Made by a program: the position numbers and the translations under genes. The notes under the pieces are model-generated. The model ran no database searches. It had not been told where the DNA came from and was given only the letters and a program-made list of their open reading frames with translations. 64,000 nucleotides of DNA from Lama guanicoe (Eukaryota): positions 12,411,175-12,475,174 of the forward strand of contig MU056000.1 of assembly GCA_013239625.1 (NCBI GenBank), given 5' to 3'. Of this stretch, positions 22,289 through 34,729 are shown piece after piece (positions within the stretch are counted from its first letter, which is position 1; each line of letters opens with the position of its first letter).

Positions 22289-23374
22289 TCCCTACAGGAC
22301 TGGTCATCTTCTGACCCTGGTAGGTACCTGGGACCCAAACTTCTTCAGGATGTTTATTACTACTCTGAAGAATGATGGGGATCTCAAGGGAGTGGCACAC
22401 TGCTTGATACCATAAAAGAACGTTTTAATCCCAGGAAAAAAGTTTAATAATGTAAATATAATGCTATAATATACTCTTATTATATAATAAATTTAAGAAC
22501 CTGGAGGGCCTTTAGATAATAAATCGTTTAGGTTAGCAATCGCAGAATCTTAGGCCACCAACTATGATAAATAACTTCTCAGTACTTATTAGAAGCTGTA
22601 AAGTAGTGTATTAATATTCTTCCATTACCTCTTGTGAAGCAGGCACTTTGCTCTGCTGGGAGAAAATGAATGCCTTATCCTCCTGTCCCTGTGGAGTTCT
22701 TAGTTTAGGCTCTCAAAGATTGCAGACACCATGGGGTCACATATCTGAGTAAAGCAGATCTCAGCTGGGCTAGCCTCCCTGCCCTTCTTAGATCTGGCTC
22801 AGATCTGCTCAAACTCCCCACCTACCAGGAAGTTCAGCCCTGTTGCCAAAACTTCTCTCCAGTCCTGGTGTCACAGTCCCCGTCACCTCTGCTTTCAGGG
22901 TCCAGCTTCTGCTGAATTTGTGTTCTCCTCTCTGCGTCTTGCAGCTGTTCCTTTATCTTTTCCTTGGAATCAACCCAAACATGGGCCACAACCTTGGATT
23001 ATTTGCTCCTTCCATTAAAATGCAATATACGATGCAGCTGTGTGCAGTAGATTTCTGTTGGTGACTTGATGACAAGGAAGGTTGCATTGCAGGGCCAGGG
23101 AGCAATTAATTTAAAAGTGAATAATCCACTCCCCTGGTCTGCAAAACATTTCTTGGGCATTTCCACCAACTCTAATTCCATTCCTCCACTGTTCTGCTGA
23201 GATCTCTTTCTGTTCTCTGCCTCCCTTCTCTCCTTCCCCACCTGCCTTTCCTGCCCCCGCCCCCCGCATCCATCTAATTCTCTTCCACTAAATAAGCAAA
23301 GCTGTTGAACTACCTTCTGGTAGTTTGCTTCCAAATTACACCCTCAGAGCCTCATCTTCTCCCTAAGAGTATTT

Positions 23375-23670
23375 TCCTTCCTTCCTCCCTTTCTTTCTTT
23401 CTTTCTTGCTTTCTTGCTTTCTTGCTTTCTTGCTTTCTTCCTTTCTTGCTTTCTTGCTTTCTTGCTTTCTTCCTTTCTTTCGAAATATAGTTGGTTTACA
23501 ATGTTGTGCTAGTTTCAGGTGTACAGCAAAGTGATTCAGTTATACATATACATATACATATACATATTCTATTTCAGATTCTTTCCCATTACAGGTTATT
23601 ACAAGATGTTGAATATAATTCCCTGTACTATACAGGAGGTCCTTTCTGTTTATCTGTTGTATATATTCAA
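23375..23670 (-). mobile_element. L1 3' end whose tail has expanded into (TTGCTTTC)n
   Basis: GAAATATAGTTGGTTTACAATGTTGTG...CAGCAAAGTGATTCAG; 8-mer tandem array at ~23400-23470. Confidence 0.85.
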
Positions 23671-23904
23671 TCCTATTAAATTTGAGAGAAGCTGGTTGAA
23701 ATCATGTGAATGATGGGGAATAGTGAAGGTCTTGGGGTATATGTTGGGATTACCTTTTGGATTTACAGTTTATAGTTATAACCAGTTGGAACCAGTTAGA
23801 AGATGCGTGGGCCCGCGTCCCATCTGTCAAATAGCAGGACTCACCTGACTCTCCAGGATTTAAGAATTCTTAAAAGAGGCACGTACTATTATGATTATTT
23901 GTAT

Positions 23905-24195
23905 ATATATTTGGTTGAGATATAATTGACATACAACATTGTGTCAGTTTAACATAATGATTTTGGTGTATGTTTAAATTGCAAAATGATGACCACAATT
24001 AGTTTAATTAACATCCATCACCACACATAGTTACAAAAAATTTTCCCTATGTAGAGAACTTTAAAGATTACTCTCCTAGCAACTTTCAAATGTACAATAC
24101 AGGACCATTAACGACAGTCACCATGCTGTCCACTACATCCCCAGGACTTATTTAATCTCATAACTGGAAGTTCGTACCTCTTGGCCACCTTCAGT
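23905..24195 (-). mobile_element. L1MA9-like 3' end
   Basis: GAGATATAATTGACATACAACATTGTG...AGCAACTTTCAAATGTACAATACAG. Confidence 0.85.
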
Positions 24196-26371
24196 GAAAG
24201 GGAACTTCTTAATCATCCTCAAAAGTTGTAGTTCAGACTTCTGGCCAATCAAACCTCAGGGGTGTTCTCAACTGGAAAATAACTTGGCATCTGGCAGTCA
24301 GGAACTGCCGCCTTTTCTGTCTTAACTCCTTTGCTGCCCAAAGTTCAGCAGGGATGGAGCAGAGGGCTGGGGTGGGGGGGTGGGGAGATGAGGGTGAGGA
24401 TGGAGACGTGTGGGGTCTGCTTATCTGAGTAGATACCTGTTTATCTTTAGAGCCAGATCTGAGGCTACAGGGAGCCAAAAAGGAAATCCAGAACGGCTTT
24501 GGGTTTATTTTAAAGTAAAAGCTAAGGACCATAAAATCGCAGGACTTCAGGAAGGGTCTTAATTACGATCTGACATCATTTCAGAAAGTTTGCTCTGGTG
24601 TCTGTTTTCAGCATTGGTCTCACAAGTTGCAGAGGAGGCTTGTACACTGAAAAGTATGCGAGAAAATATTAGAAGAAAATTGGCTGCAGATGTACACTCT
24701 TTTATTTGAAAAAAGAAGACACTAAATTCTACTGCTACTTAATGCACTACTTCAGAGTGGCACGTGTGTATAACTTGTAAGTAAGTGCTCACAGATTAGG
24801 AATGCCTGCTCAGAACTGTTTTCCTGAAAGGAACACAGTGATGGCCTTTTGCTCTTACTTTAAAATAACCCCCACCTCCACCGGATTTCCCTTTTTGTCC
24901 ATCATGGGGTAGAAAAGAGGAGGAGCTGAAACCGCTGGGATAAAGAGGACGTGGCTAATGGGAATGGTGCTCAGGATTTGGTGATTGATGATTTGTGAGT
25001 GAATCTTTGATAAAACCCTTGCCCCTCAGTGAAGAATGTGTTGCCTTTCTAGCACTTCCACAGAACTGTCCTCAAGTCTGTGACAACATGTAATCTACCT
25101 GCTTAGCAGTCCTTTTCCTCCTGGTCTTTTGGAGACGCATTCCTAGCAATTTAGAGGATGCTAAATTAATGTTGCAATGTGACCGTGACGTTAAACGTTT
25201 TAATCGCTGGAAGAGAGTCACATTTTTGAAAAAGACAGCATTTCACATAATGGTAGGCACTCTTAGCCTTTTGCTTCAAGAATGAAATAAGAATGCCCTC
25301 GGCTGCACTGTGGAATTAGGGACCTTAAGACTGGCGTCATGATTCTGCATTACATGTTGGAAATTACTGGAGTGAGTTGTTGAAATTTACATGGTGATTA
25401 AGGACACTATTAAACCCTCACAGTTTACAAACTGCAAGCCTGAGTCCAAATTAATCATAAAACTTATTTTTTTCCTTAGGAAATATTGAGTCAAAATTAG
25501 CTTTAAAAGTTATTCTCAAAAGCATCTCCTTTTGGATACGTAAGGAATGCTGACTATTCAACAAATAGCAGTTGCATAAAGAAGATTTTTGGTCCCATGA
25601 TCTGGCTGAAGCTTTGCAGGAACAGCTGCTTATCTCATGAATGAAATTTCCTGTTAATATTCTTGCAGGCTAATTGTTCATCAGAAGTATAACAAATGTC
25701 AACAAATATCACAAATGTGTTACGTCTTAATATTTAAGAGACAGCAGAAATAGTTCAGATGTTTACGTTTGTTGTGCTTAAAAGGCACAACTTTTGTTTT
25801 AGTTTTTGTCACAAACTGCTCTTGACGGGATTAATGCTATTCAGAGAAACCATTTGGTTTAAATGCCCCTTTCTTTTAATTTACAGCAACATATGGCTTA
25901 AGATAAGACAGGCTAAGGGAAGAAACAGAATTGTAGCTTCAAACATCGTTATTACAAAGCACCTTGTTTTAAAGGGATTTCATACAGTTTTCATCCCAAC
26001 TGCGTATGGAAATATATTTTCTTAGAATGATAACACTTCAAATGGACTCCTAAATTCTTTGGCAGCAACCACAAAGACATCTACTTTTTAATGTGAGATG
26101 TAAGCTGCTTAGGTTGGAGGTCCTGGCTGTAGGAAGTAACATCACCTGATACGAGGATTCAAGTCACAAGCGGAAATCGAGTGTCGGTAGGAACTTCCCA
26201 GAACACAAGACAACAGATTTTTAAAAAGCATTTCCAAGTTTTTTTCCCTTTACGAGTAAAATTAGTATTCTGCACTAAGGGGCTGTTTCAGGAAGGCATT
26301 GAGGCGGAAATCTTGGCACAACAGTGTCCTTCAGACTTAGTCCTGCCCCATTTTTTCTTCTTTAGTCCTAA

Positions 26372-26928
26372 TGACACAAGAAAAAACGTGGGGTGAGAGG
26401 ATGGCCATACCCTAGGTCTGCGCTGAGTCCCTGGGACACATCTTGCCAAGTGAGGGTCCTTGGCTTCGCACAGGAAAGAATTCAAGGGTGAGCCACGGTT
26501 GAGTAAAAGTAGATTCATTCAGAGGGATACGTTTTCCACAGCCAGAGGGCGGCTGTTTCACTTGGAAGAGAGGCTGCGAGGTGTGGGAGCTGTCAGTTTT
26601 ATGGTCTCGGAAGCTTCATATGTTAATAAGTGGGAGGATTATTCCCATTACTTTGAAGAAAGGGTGGGGGTTCCCAGGAATTGGACCACTACCTACTTTT
26701 TGATCTTTCATGGTCAGCCTCAGCACTGTCATGGCACCTGTGGGAGTGCCATTGAGCAGCTAATATATTACAATGAACGTATAATGAAGCTCAAGGTCTA
26801 CTAGAAGTCAAATCTCCTGCCATCTTGGGCCTCAAGGCCTATTGAGAGCTGAATCTTCTGCTATCTTGGTGTTAACTGCTGTGTCATTCCTTGAATGGCT
26901 GTGCCCTGTCCCCTTCCTCCCTGTCTCA
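26372..26928. mobile_element. ERV1-class solo LTR
   Basis: TG...CA termini with a perfect 4-bp TSD CTAA (26368-26371 / 26929-26932). Confidence 0.9.
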
Positions 26929-28437
26929 CTAACACACTCGGAGCGTGCAAGAGCTAGACAGGAGCTCTGGGTCTGTTTCCATTCTCTTCCAGACGGTATC
27001 AATCTCTGTTCCTCTTTCAGGCATAAATGAAAACGGAGGCAGGCTTCTGAAAGCCAGAGCTGCGTCTCATCTTGTCAGCATCTTCCCCTGGAGAGGGGAG
27101 GTCTCACCTTCACGGGCACTGGGAGCCACTTCTGGGGTTACCAGGAGGGAGACTGAATTACTCCCACCTCTGCTGTCTTGTCTGTTCCTGTACATTGGCA
27201 GCTGTTAACTCTTCTCCTGGCCACTTGTGTTTAGTCCTGAGAACCTCCACGTCCATGACAATCAGCACCTCCACACCGCCACCAACCTCCCCTCACCCTT
27301 CAAAGAAGACTTGGCAAAGGACTGAACACATAGGATGGGACTGCCTGTGATCAGTGCTCTCTGTTTATATGTAGTGTTTTTATAGTTCTGTAGAACTCAA
27401 TTTTCTGCATTAATAACAAACTCTCGTAAGTAAGCCACATAACGACATTGTATATTCATGAATTTAGCAGACATTGAGTGAGCATCCCTTCCCACGTGCT
27501 CTGCTGTAAGTGAGGCGCACAGGGACGAGTAAGACTTTTCCTGTCTCCGTGATACGTGAAAGAAGAAAATGACATAAGGATGTGTTGGCAAACTACCCAA
27601 GGGCCAAATCTCAAGGCACTGCCCGTTTCTGTTGGTCTTGCTAGCTAAGAATACGAAGGATTACAGACAAGAAGAGCATGTGACAGAGATGCCCATGACT
27701 TGCAAAGTCTACAAGATGTACTATTTGACCATTTAGAGCCAAAGTTTGCTGACCCTTAGCGCAAGGACTATCATACAAGGTAGAACTTTAAATCTGTACC
27801 TTCATTAAAGTCCTATCAGGAATGGCCAAAAGGCTATAGTGTTCCAGAGAGGGGAGCTGGTACCGCTGACTAATGGGATCAAGGAAGCAAGCCATCAAGG
27901 AAAGGTGGGATTTCAATAAAAGAAAATGGGAGAGGAGCTGTTTCTGGGGAGGGAAAGGGAAGAGAGAATTAACAACCGAGTCAGAGCCTCTCGACCTGCA
28001 GCTGCACGTGGAATCCCCTGGGAGCTTTTAAAAATATACTGAGGCCAGACCATAAAATGGAAGACAAATGGGAACAAATACACCTAACTGGGTATCAGGT
28101 TGGAACATAACCACCCAGGGAAAGAATCATTCCAAGTGACTTTTGAACTCAGTACTCTGACTAGACATACTTAGCAGGATGTAATGTAAGGTTAGAAGGA
28201 ATTGCAGAGAAATCGTAAACTTTCCTCAACAGTTTAATTAGTAGTAGCTGTGATTTTGATACTCTCTTATTTGTGTGATGAGATAAAGCAATTTAGTAAA
28301 TATGTTAATTTTAATTAATGTTTAGTGAAAGGGAAAAGAGATACAAGTTAAAAAGTAATAAAAGGTTGAGAAGGCTAAATTTTAACAGGAAATATTGGTA
28401 TGAATTCATGATTTATATGTATGTAGATATCTTCTTT

Positions 28438-30568
28438 TTTTTTTGAGACAAATGGTTTATTTAGTAACAAGGAGTAAAATTCTTCTCTCTTCTGAGGGCT
28501 GGACTAGACTGTGGTAAGTCAAACAGATAGTAACACACACAGGAACCCCCTCCCAGCCCTTGAGTTTTTGCAGAAACGCGAAGACGCCAGGGTCGCAGGA
28601 CTTGCAATTGTTTTCTGGACAGAAGTGCCGGCAGCTCTGCTTTCCAATGTGTCAGTGGTCGTGACACTCTCCTTCTTGTCTTCGGGTTTCAGGGCAGGAG
28701 ACAGAAGCATTTCCTTCATGTTACTGGAGTCTGGGAGAAGCATGGTGATGGCAGCTGATGCCCGTACCCCAGCCATCCATGGGGGCAGCCTGTATTCCAG
28801 GGCGGTCAGAAGGTTTCATCTCTGAACATGGCCTCATCGCCCCCAGCAGCTTTGGCCTTGGCCTGTTCTTCAAAAAGCTGCCGCTGTTGCATGGGGTCAT
28901 TCAGCTCAGTGTAGGCACTGCGTATTTCCTTCTTCATGACAAATAGCTCAGAGCATTCAGTCAGACCTGCTTTAGAGCGGGGCCATTTGACCAGAGGGCT
29001 CGTTATCTGCGGGTGATCACAGATGAATGTAGGACAGATGAATGTCACTTTCAAGAACTCCCCGACAAGCTTATCAGGGAGCCTGGCTGTGGTCCGAGGT
29101 TGCAGGCACGCAACAGCTTTTGCCACACAGATATCATCAAGAATTTTGCAAGTTTCTTCAGTTTCACAGAGGTTAGTTTCTGGCAACTACATGTCCAGGG
29201 CTTTCTCAAGCTTTTCTACCATGCTGATTTTCCGGAAGGGTGGGGTGAAGTTAATGCTCGGCCCCCAGGCAATCTGGACGATAGGTGGCCCTGTAGCTGC
29301 CTGTAATGTGCTTCTCCACCCCTGTAATCATCTTCTCTGTGATTTCCATGCAATCACGGTAGTCTGCATAGGCCATGTACAATTCACATTGTGGGTCAGA
29401 TCAATTCCTTCGTTCTGGAACTGGCATCCAATTTCCTAAACCTGGTCAATGCCACCGACCACCAGCCCCTTACGGTAAAGCTCTGGGGCAATTCGCACCC
29501 AGCTCGTTGTGATGGGTGATGAAGGGCTTGGCCACAGCTCCCCCAGGGATGATGTTCATCATGGGAATTTCAATCTCCGGAAGTCCAGCTCGTCCAAGAA
29601 ACTTCTTATATATGTGACGTTCTTAGAGTGGATGATAAATTTCTGCCTCACGAAGTCATTCAGGATCAAGTCCAAGTATCTCTGATGAAACCGTGTTTCC
29701 TTGCCTTTGAGGCCAAAGTGAAGATAGGTACCATGTGCAAGCATGGAGACAGCAGTGTGCTCTCCCCGGAAATGATGCTCAGTTCACTCTTCTTGGTTTC
29801 CCCAGGATTGCCCTGGACACCAACTGTCTCCCCAGAGCAGTTTGTTGCTGATATGAATAAATTCTTCTTCTGACTTATAATTCCTGGAGTTGGCCATGAC
29901 TTACAACTTCAACCCCTCTCCTTGAAGGTTGTTGAAGATGAGCTTTTCCCCAGCAGCTCTTTTGGCACGGATCCTACCTGCCGCCTTTAAGGTGATGTCA
30001 ATCAGGTGGTCCCCAGGCTGCAGGTGACTGTATTCTTGGATGAAATGAGTGAGCAAGATGTCTACATGGAACTGGTGTGGGTTTGGGATGTCCTCACTGA
30101 CTTTCATTTGTTGGACCCCTTGGCTGCAGATCTTGTAGTATGATTTGGGGCCAGGCTCTTCTCCTCTGCACCCGCATCAGTGTCAGCGGCATAGTTGGTG
30201 GCAGCAGCAGTGGCCTGGCTTAGCTGTTTCTCACTGAACTCCTTCTGCTTGGCCTCCTTCTCTGCTATTTTCTTCTCAGCTTCCAGGCATCTCTTTAGCT
30301 TAGTGCACTTCTTTTATCCGAAAGTGGCTGGTCCTTCTGAATCACTGTCAAAGGAGCAAGCCGATGCAGGCGCAGCTCCCTCTGCCCCCACTGTGCCCCG
30401 CAGGTTTGGCGCAGGGACCCCCTAACAGGCCTTACAGCAGCTTATGTCAGCATGCAGGACACCCTGGAACTACTGACTAGCACCACTTTTTGCTCAGTTT
30501 CGGCTCTCCGCCATCTCCTTTGACTTCAGCAGCCTGCACAGAGGCCATCTTCCCCGAGGGCCAGACGC
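28438..30568 (-). pseudogene. KARS1: Processed pseudogene of lysyl-tRNA synthetase, mitochondrial isoform mRNA
   Basis: Intronless LysRS peptides ([94 protein letters not shown], ending GTSV) with stops and frameshifts. AATAAA (TTTATT 28456-28461 on +) and poly(A). TSD GATATCTTCTTT 28426-28437 / GATACCTTCTTT 30569-30580. Confidence 0.97.
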
Positions 30569-32571
30569 GATACCTTCTTTCTTGATTTAAAGTGTGTGTG
30601 TGTGTGTGTGTGCACGTGCGCGTGTGTGTTTCCATTGAAACAACCTAAATATGAGGACATCCCAGTCGCCACAAGAAGGCTACTGCCTACCTGGTTTCTA
30701 ACTATCATTTCAAGAATTTGGTCCTTTTGGAGAAATGTCTGGTCCAAGGCCTGGTTCAAGGCGAGAATGGGAATCTTATTGCTGAGAAAGGAAAAAGGTG
30801 TCAAAGGTTAATGAAGTCATCCAGAGCTCAAAGGACCAACTCAATTACATTTCCATTAGGCAAACTTGGGGCACTTTGAGCATTAAAAAGAATGATAAAT
30901 CTTGTTGATTGTAAAATATGGAATAAGTAAGAATTCAGAAGTCCATAGTTACAGAAAAGAGAGAGGAATGAAAAAGAAAATCTTGCTACAATTAGAGGTG
31001 ATGCCTATGAAAACTCTTTACTCTAAAAACTGGTAATTAAGCAAAAAGAATTAGCATTTAGTATGCTTTTATGATAACAGATACAGTTCATCTCAAGTTG
31101 ATGAGATAGTATTTCCCCTCCCCGATGGGAGAGTGTCAGTTAAGAAGTATAAATGATGACAGAATTTTAAAAATGACCGTATAACTCCCAGCATGAGTGA
31201 GATGTAAGATAGCACAGCCACTGTGGAAGAGAGTTTAGCATTTTCTTATAAGGTTAAACATACACTTACTAAAAAACCTGGAAATCCTATTCCTAAGCAT
31301 TTACCCAAGTGGAATGAAAACTCAAGTTCCCCCAAAGGCCTGGGTGAGAATGTTTGTACGGCTTTGTTCGCAATTGCCTCAAACTGTGAACAACCCAAAC
31401 GTCCCTCACCTTGGGATGGCTCAACAGATGGCCGTGCACCCCTGCAGTGGGATTCTGCTCAGCAATAAACAGGAAGGGACTGCTGATACGTGAACAGCAT
31501 GGATGGGTCTCAAACACATTTTGTTAAGTGAAAGAAAAGCCATACTTAAAAGGCGACCCAGTGTCAGTTCCATGTATGTGACATTTTGGAAAAGGCAAAT
31601 CTAAAGGGGCAGAAAACAGATTAGTGATTGACAAGGGCCAGGGTCGGGGGTTGACTGCACAGAACAGGATGTAGGGGAATTACTGGTGGGTGGTAGAAAT
31701 ATTCTGTATCTCAGTGGTTGTGGCAGTTGCCTGAAAATATACATACATTTTTCAAGACCCACAAAATCATACAGAAAAAAGCGTGATCTTGGGCATGGAT
31801 GATGCCCTAATCCAAAGCTAAAAAAAAAGAAGATCATTTTGCAAAGTCCCAGTAATTCTTTCAGGCAAGAGTCATCAATGGATGTTAAAGCTGCAAAATG
31901 GAGTTTTGTTGGGGAAACAGGACATTCACGTGCCAGAATACCACCTCACAGATTCCGTGCTATTTGCAAATAGGAAAATGAGTTTTAATGGAGGGGTAAT
32001 CATCAGCCAAGGTCAGGATCACTAATGGCATAACAACCTGACTCTATAGGTGCCGCTTGGTGGGATGTCAATACCCACCTCCTGTGAGTGACACTCGCCC
32101 CAAAGCTTGATCTGAATCGTCTCTTTACATTTAGATTTCAGCTCAGGACCTGGGAAGAGATGTGTCAGTTAAATAATGCCCTCAAGACACGATCAGACCA
32201 ACAGGTAGCAGAATGTGCTAGAAGACATGGTTGCTTTAAAAAGTCAACACAATTTTTAAAATAAATAAATAGAAGAACACTAGACTAAAGACTCTGAACA
32301 AGCAAATGCAATGCATGAAAACTGATTGGCTTCTGGTTTGAAAAAAGAGCAAAAAATGAGATTTTTGAGACAATTGAGATTTGAGTACAGACTAGATATG
32401 GAATTGCTGTATTTTCTTGGACATGATAATGGTATTGTTTATGGAGGATAAGGCCCTTATTTTTGGATAGTTCCATGCGTAAGTACTTACAGGTAAAATG
32501 TCACGTCTTCAAATTATTTTCAAATAGATCAGCTATACGTATCTATTTGTATATCTGTGTTTTATCTATTA

Positions 32572-32652
32572 TGTCTGTCTGTCTGTCTATCTATCTTATC
32601 TATCTATCTACCTATCTACCTATCTATCTACCTATCTACCTATCTACCTACC
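32572..32652. repeat. (TCTG)/(TCTA)/(CCTA)n tetranucleotide microsatellite
   Basis: Directly visible. Confidence 0.9.
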
Positions 32653-32853
32653 ATACTACAAAATATTCACAACTGTGATGGGTTCACAGAGTTCCACGTA
32701 TTATTCTCTTAACTCTTCTTGATGTTTAAAATCTTTATTTAAAAAAAGTAGGGGAAAAATGAATACCAGATCCTACTCTAGACTGAATAAATCAGGATGT
32801 CCTGGGGACAGAACTTAAGCTCTAACATTTTTAGAAGTTCCCCAGATGATTTT

Positions 32854-33111
32854 TTTAAAAAACATTAAACAAATTTATTGGGCTCCTGGAGGCTATTGGT
32901 CCGGAAATTCGGACAGGGCAAAAAGGGGATAACTTGTCTCTGTTCCACGACATCCGGGACCTCAGCTGGGGTGTGCTGGTACCCGGAGGCTGAGGGCACC
33001 CGGGAGCATCTTCACACACATCTGGCAATCGAACCTATCTGTTGGCTGGAACTTTAGCTGGGCAGGCATGACCACCTTCATGTGGTCACTCCATGTGGCG
33101 TCTCTGCATAG
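32854..33111 (-). mobile_element. Retroposed MLT1-derived segment
   Basis: T-rich tail and TTTATT at the left end; degenerate TSD G.TGATTTT; sits inside MER5A. Confidence 0.6.
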
Positions 33112-33681
33112 CCTCTGGGTGATTTTAATTTGAAGTCAGCCTTTCCCCAGACTTGAAGGATCTTAAGCATTTATTAAAATTCAGATTCTCTGGCCCTTTT
33201 TCTGGCTCTGGGATGGGGACTATTAATACCTACTATTTAATATTTAAAGTCACCCAGGTGATTCCGACAGGAAGGCAAGTTTGGGAAGCATTGACTTAAG
33301 GCATTAGCCCTATTTTTCTCTTAAGATCCCACATCTGTCCAAGGCGCCAAGTACCAGAGACCACAGAAGAGGCCTTATTTCTGAAACTTTGTCCCACGTT
33401 CTTCCTTTGATTTCTAGATTTTCTTGCTGCTTCCAGCTCTGTCTTTTTCTTGGCTGTGATTATGGTTCTTCCATGTCTATGTGGTTTTTATTGCTTTAAT
33501 TGAACCACTTGTCTCTTTTGACTAAACCCTTGAATCTTCTTACTCAAGGCATGACCTGTGGGTATAAAAGTGAATGCGTTTGAAATAAACGGGGAGGGAG
33601 AAAAATGAGGCTGGGTCATAGCAGGTCTTGAAAGCCAGGCTGAGGAGTCTGACCTTAAGTCAATATTCAGTAGGAATCCAG

Positions 33682-34001
33682 NNNNNNNNNNNNNNNNNNN
33701 NNNNNNNNNNNNNNNNNNNNNNNNNNNNNNNNNNNNNNNNNNNNNNNNNNNNNNNNNNNNNNNNNNNNNNNNNNNNNNNNNNNNNNNNNNNNNNNNNNNN
33801 NNNNNNNNNNNNNNNNNNNNNNNNNNNNNNNNNNNNNNNNNNNNNNNNNNNNNNNNNNNNNNNNNNNNNNNNNNNNNNNNNNNNNNNNNNNNNNNNNNNN
33901 NNNNNNNNNNNNNNNNNNNNNNNNNNNNNNNNNNNNNNNNNNNNNNNNNNNNNNNNNNNNNNNNNNNNNNNNNNNNNNNNNNNNNNNNNNNNNNNNNNNN
34001 N
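33682..34001. other. Assembly gap (others at 13426-13556, 14764-15005, 49808-49947)
   Basis: Runs of N. Confidence 1.
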
Positions 34002-34729
34002 GATTTTCCTCTTTATTTAAACATAAAACACATTTACAGCTTGCAGGCTAACTTAAAATTATATGATGTCTTCCCAAATCAATTGTCTTTGACTGTATCT
34101 TCAAACACTGAAAAGAAACTAACATATTCCATAGGCAGACTCAGACCCTTTTCTATCACCTCATGTCAGATTGAGAGTTTTGTGCAGTAGTTTTCTTAAA
34201 TTAGGCAAACAATTTAGCTGATCACCATGAATAAATATTACTTTTACTTCAATGAGTTTCTCTTCTGGACCATTTATCAATACCATTCAGAGGAACATTA
34301 ATATATTTAGTCAAAATAAAAAGACACTGCCAGTTGAAGTAAGTGTCAATGTTCCAGATGATTAGAAAATCTCGTTTATAAGAGTAAATGTTGTGTTTAA
34401 TGATCTACCTACCATGGCAAAAAGCAGTTCAAGGAAAACAAATTTATGGAATTTTTTGTACATTTTGTGAAAGTCTGAAATTATAAATAGAAAAGAACCA
34501 TTGAGATAAAAAAAAAAAAAGCCCTAACATTGTGTATTCTGAGCTGGGACCTCAGCTGGGGTGTGCTGGTACCCGGAGGCTGCGGTCACCTGGTTGCATC
34601 TTCACACACGTCTGGTAGTTGAGCTTAGCTGTTGGCTGGACTCTTAGCTGGGCAGGCAGCCAGCACACCTTCATGTGGTCACTGCACGTGGTGTCTCTGC
34701 ATGGCTAGTTACGATTCGTTGTTACCCAG

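Larger units (their letters stand above)
28052..32757 (+). mobile_element. Old L1M (L1MC4/MD-like) 3' region interrupted by the KARS1 retrocopy and by another L1M end (~31190-31830)
   Basis: L1M 3'UTR-type text on both sides of KARS1; MER5A-like halves at ~27980-28051 and ~32758-32850. Confidence 0.65.

Noticed and set aside
28519-30107. KARS1 ORF fragments as a functional gene
   Set aside because: Intronless and broken by stops and frameshifts, with poly(A) and TSD.
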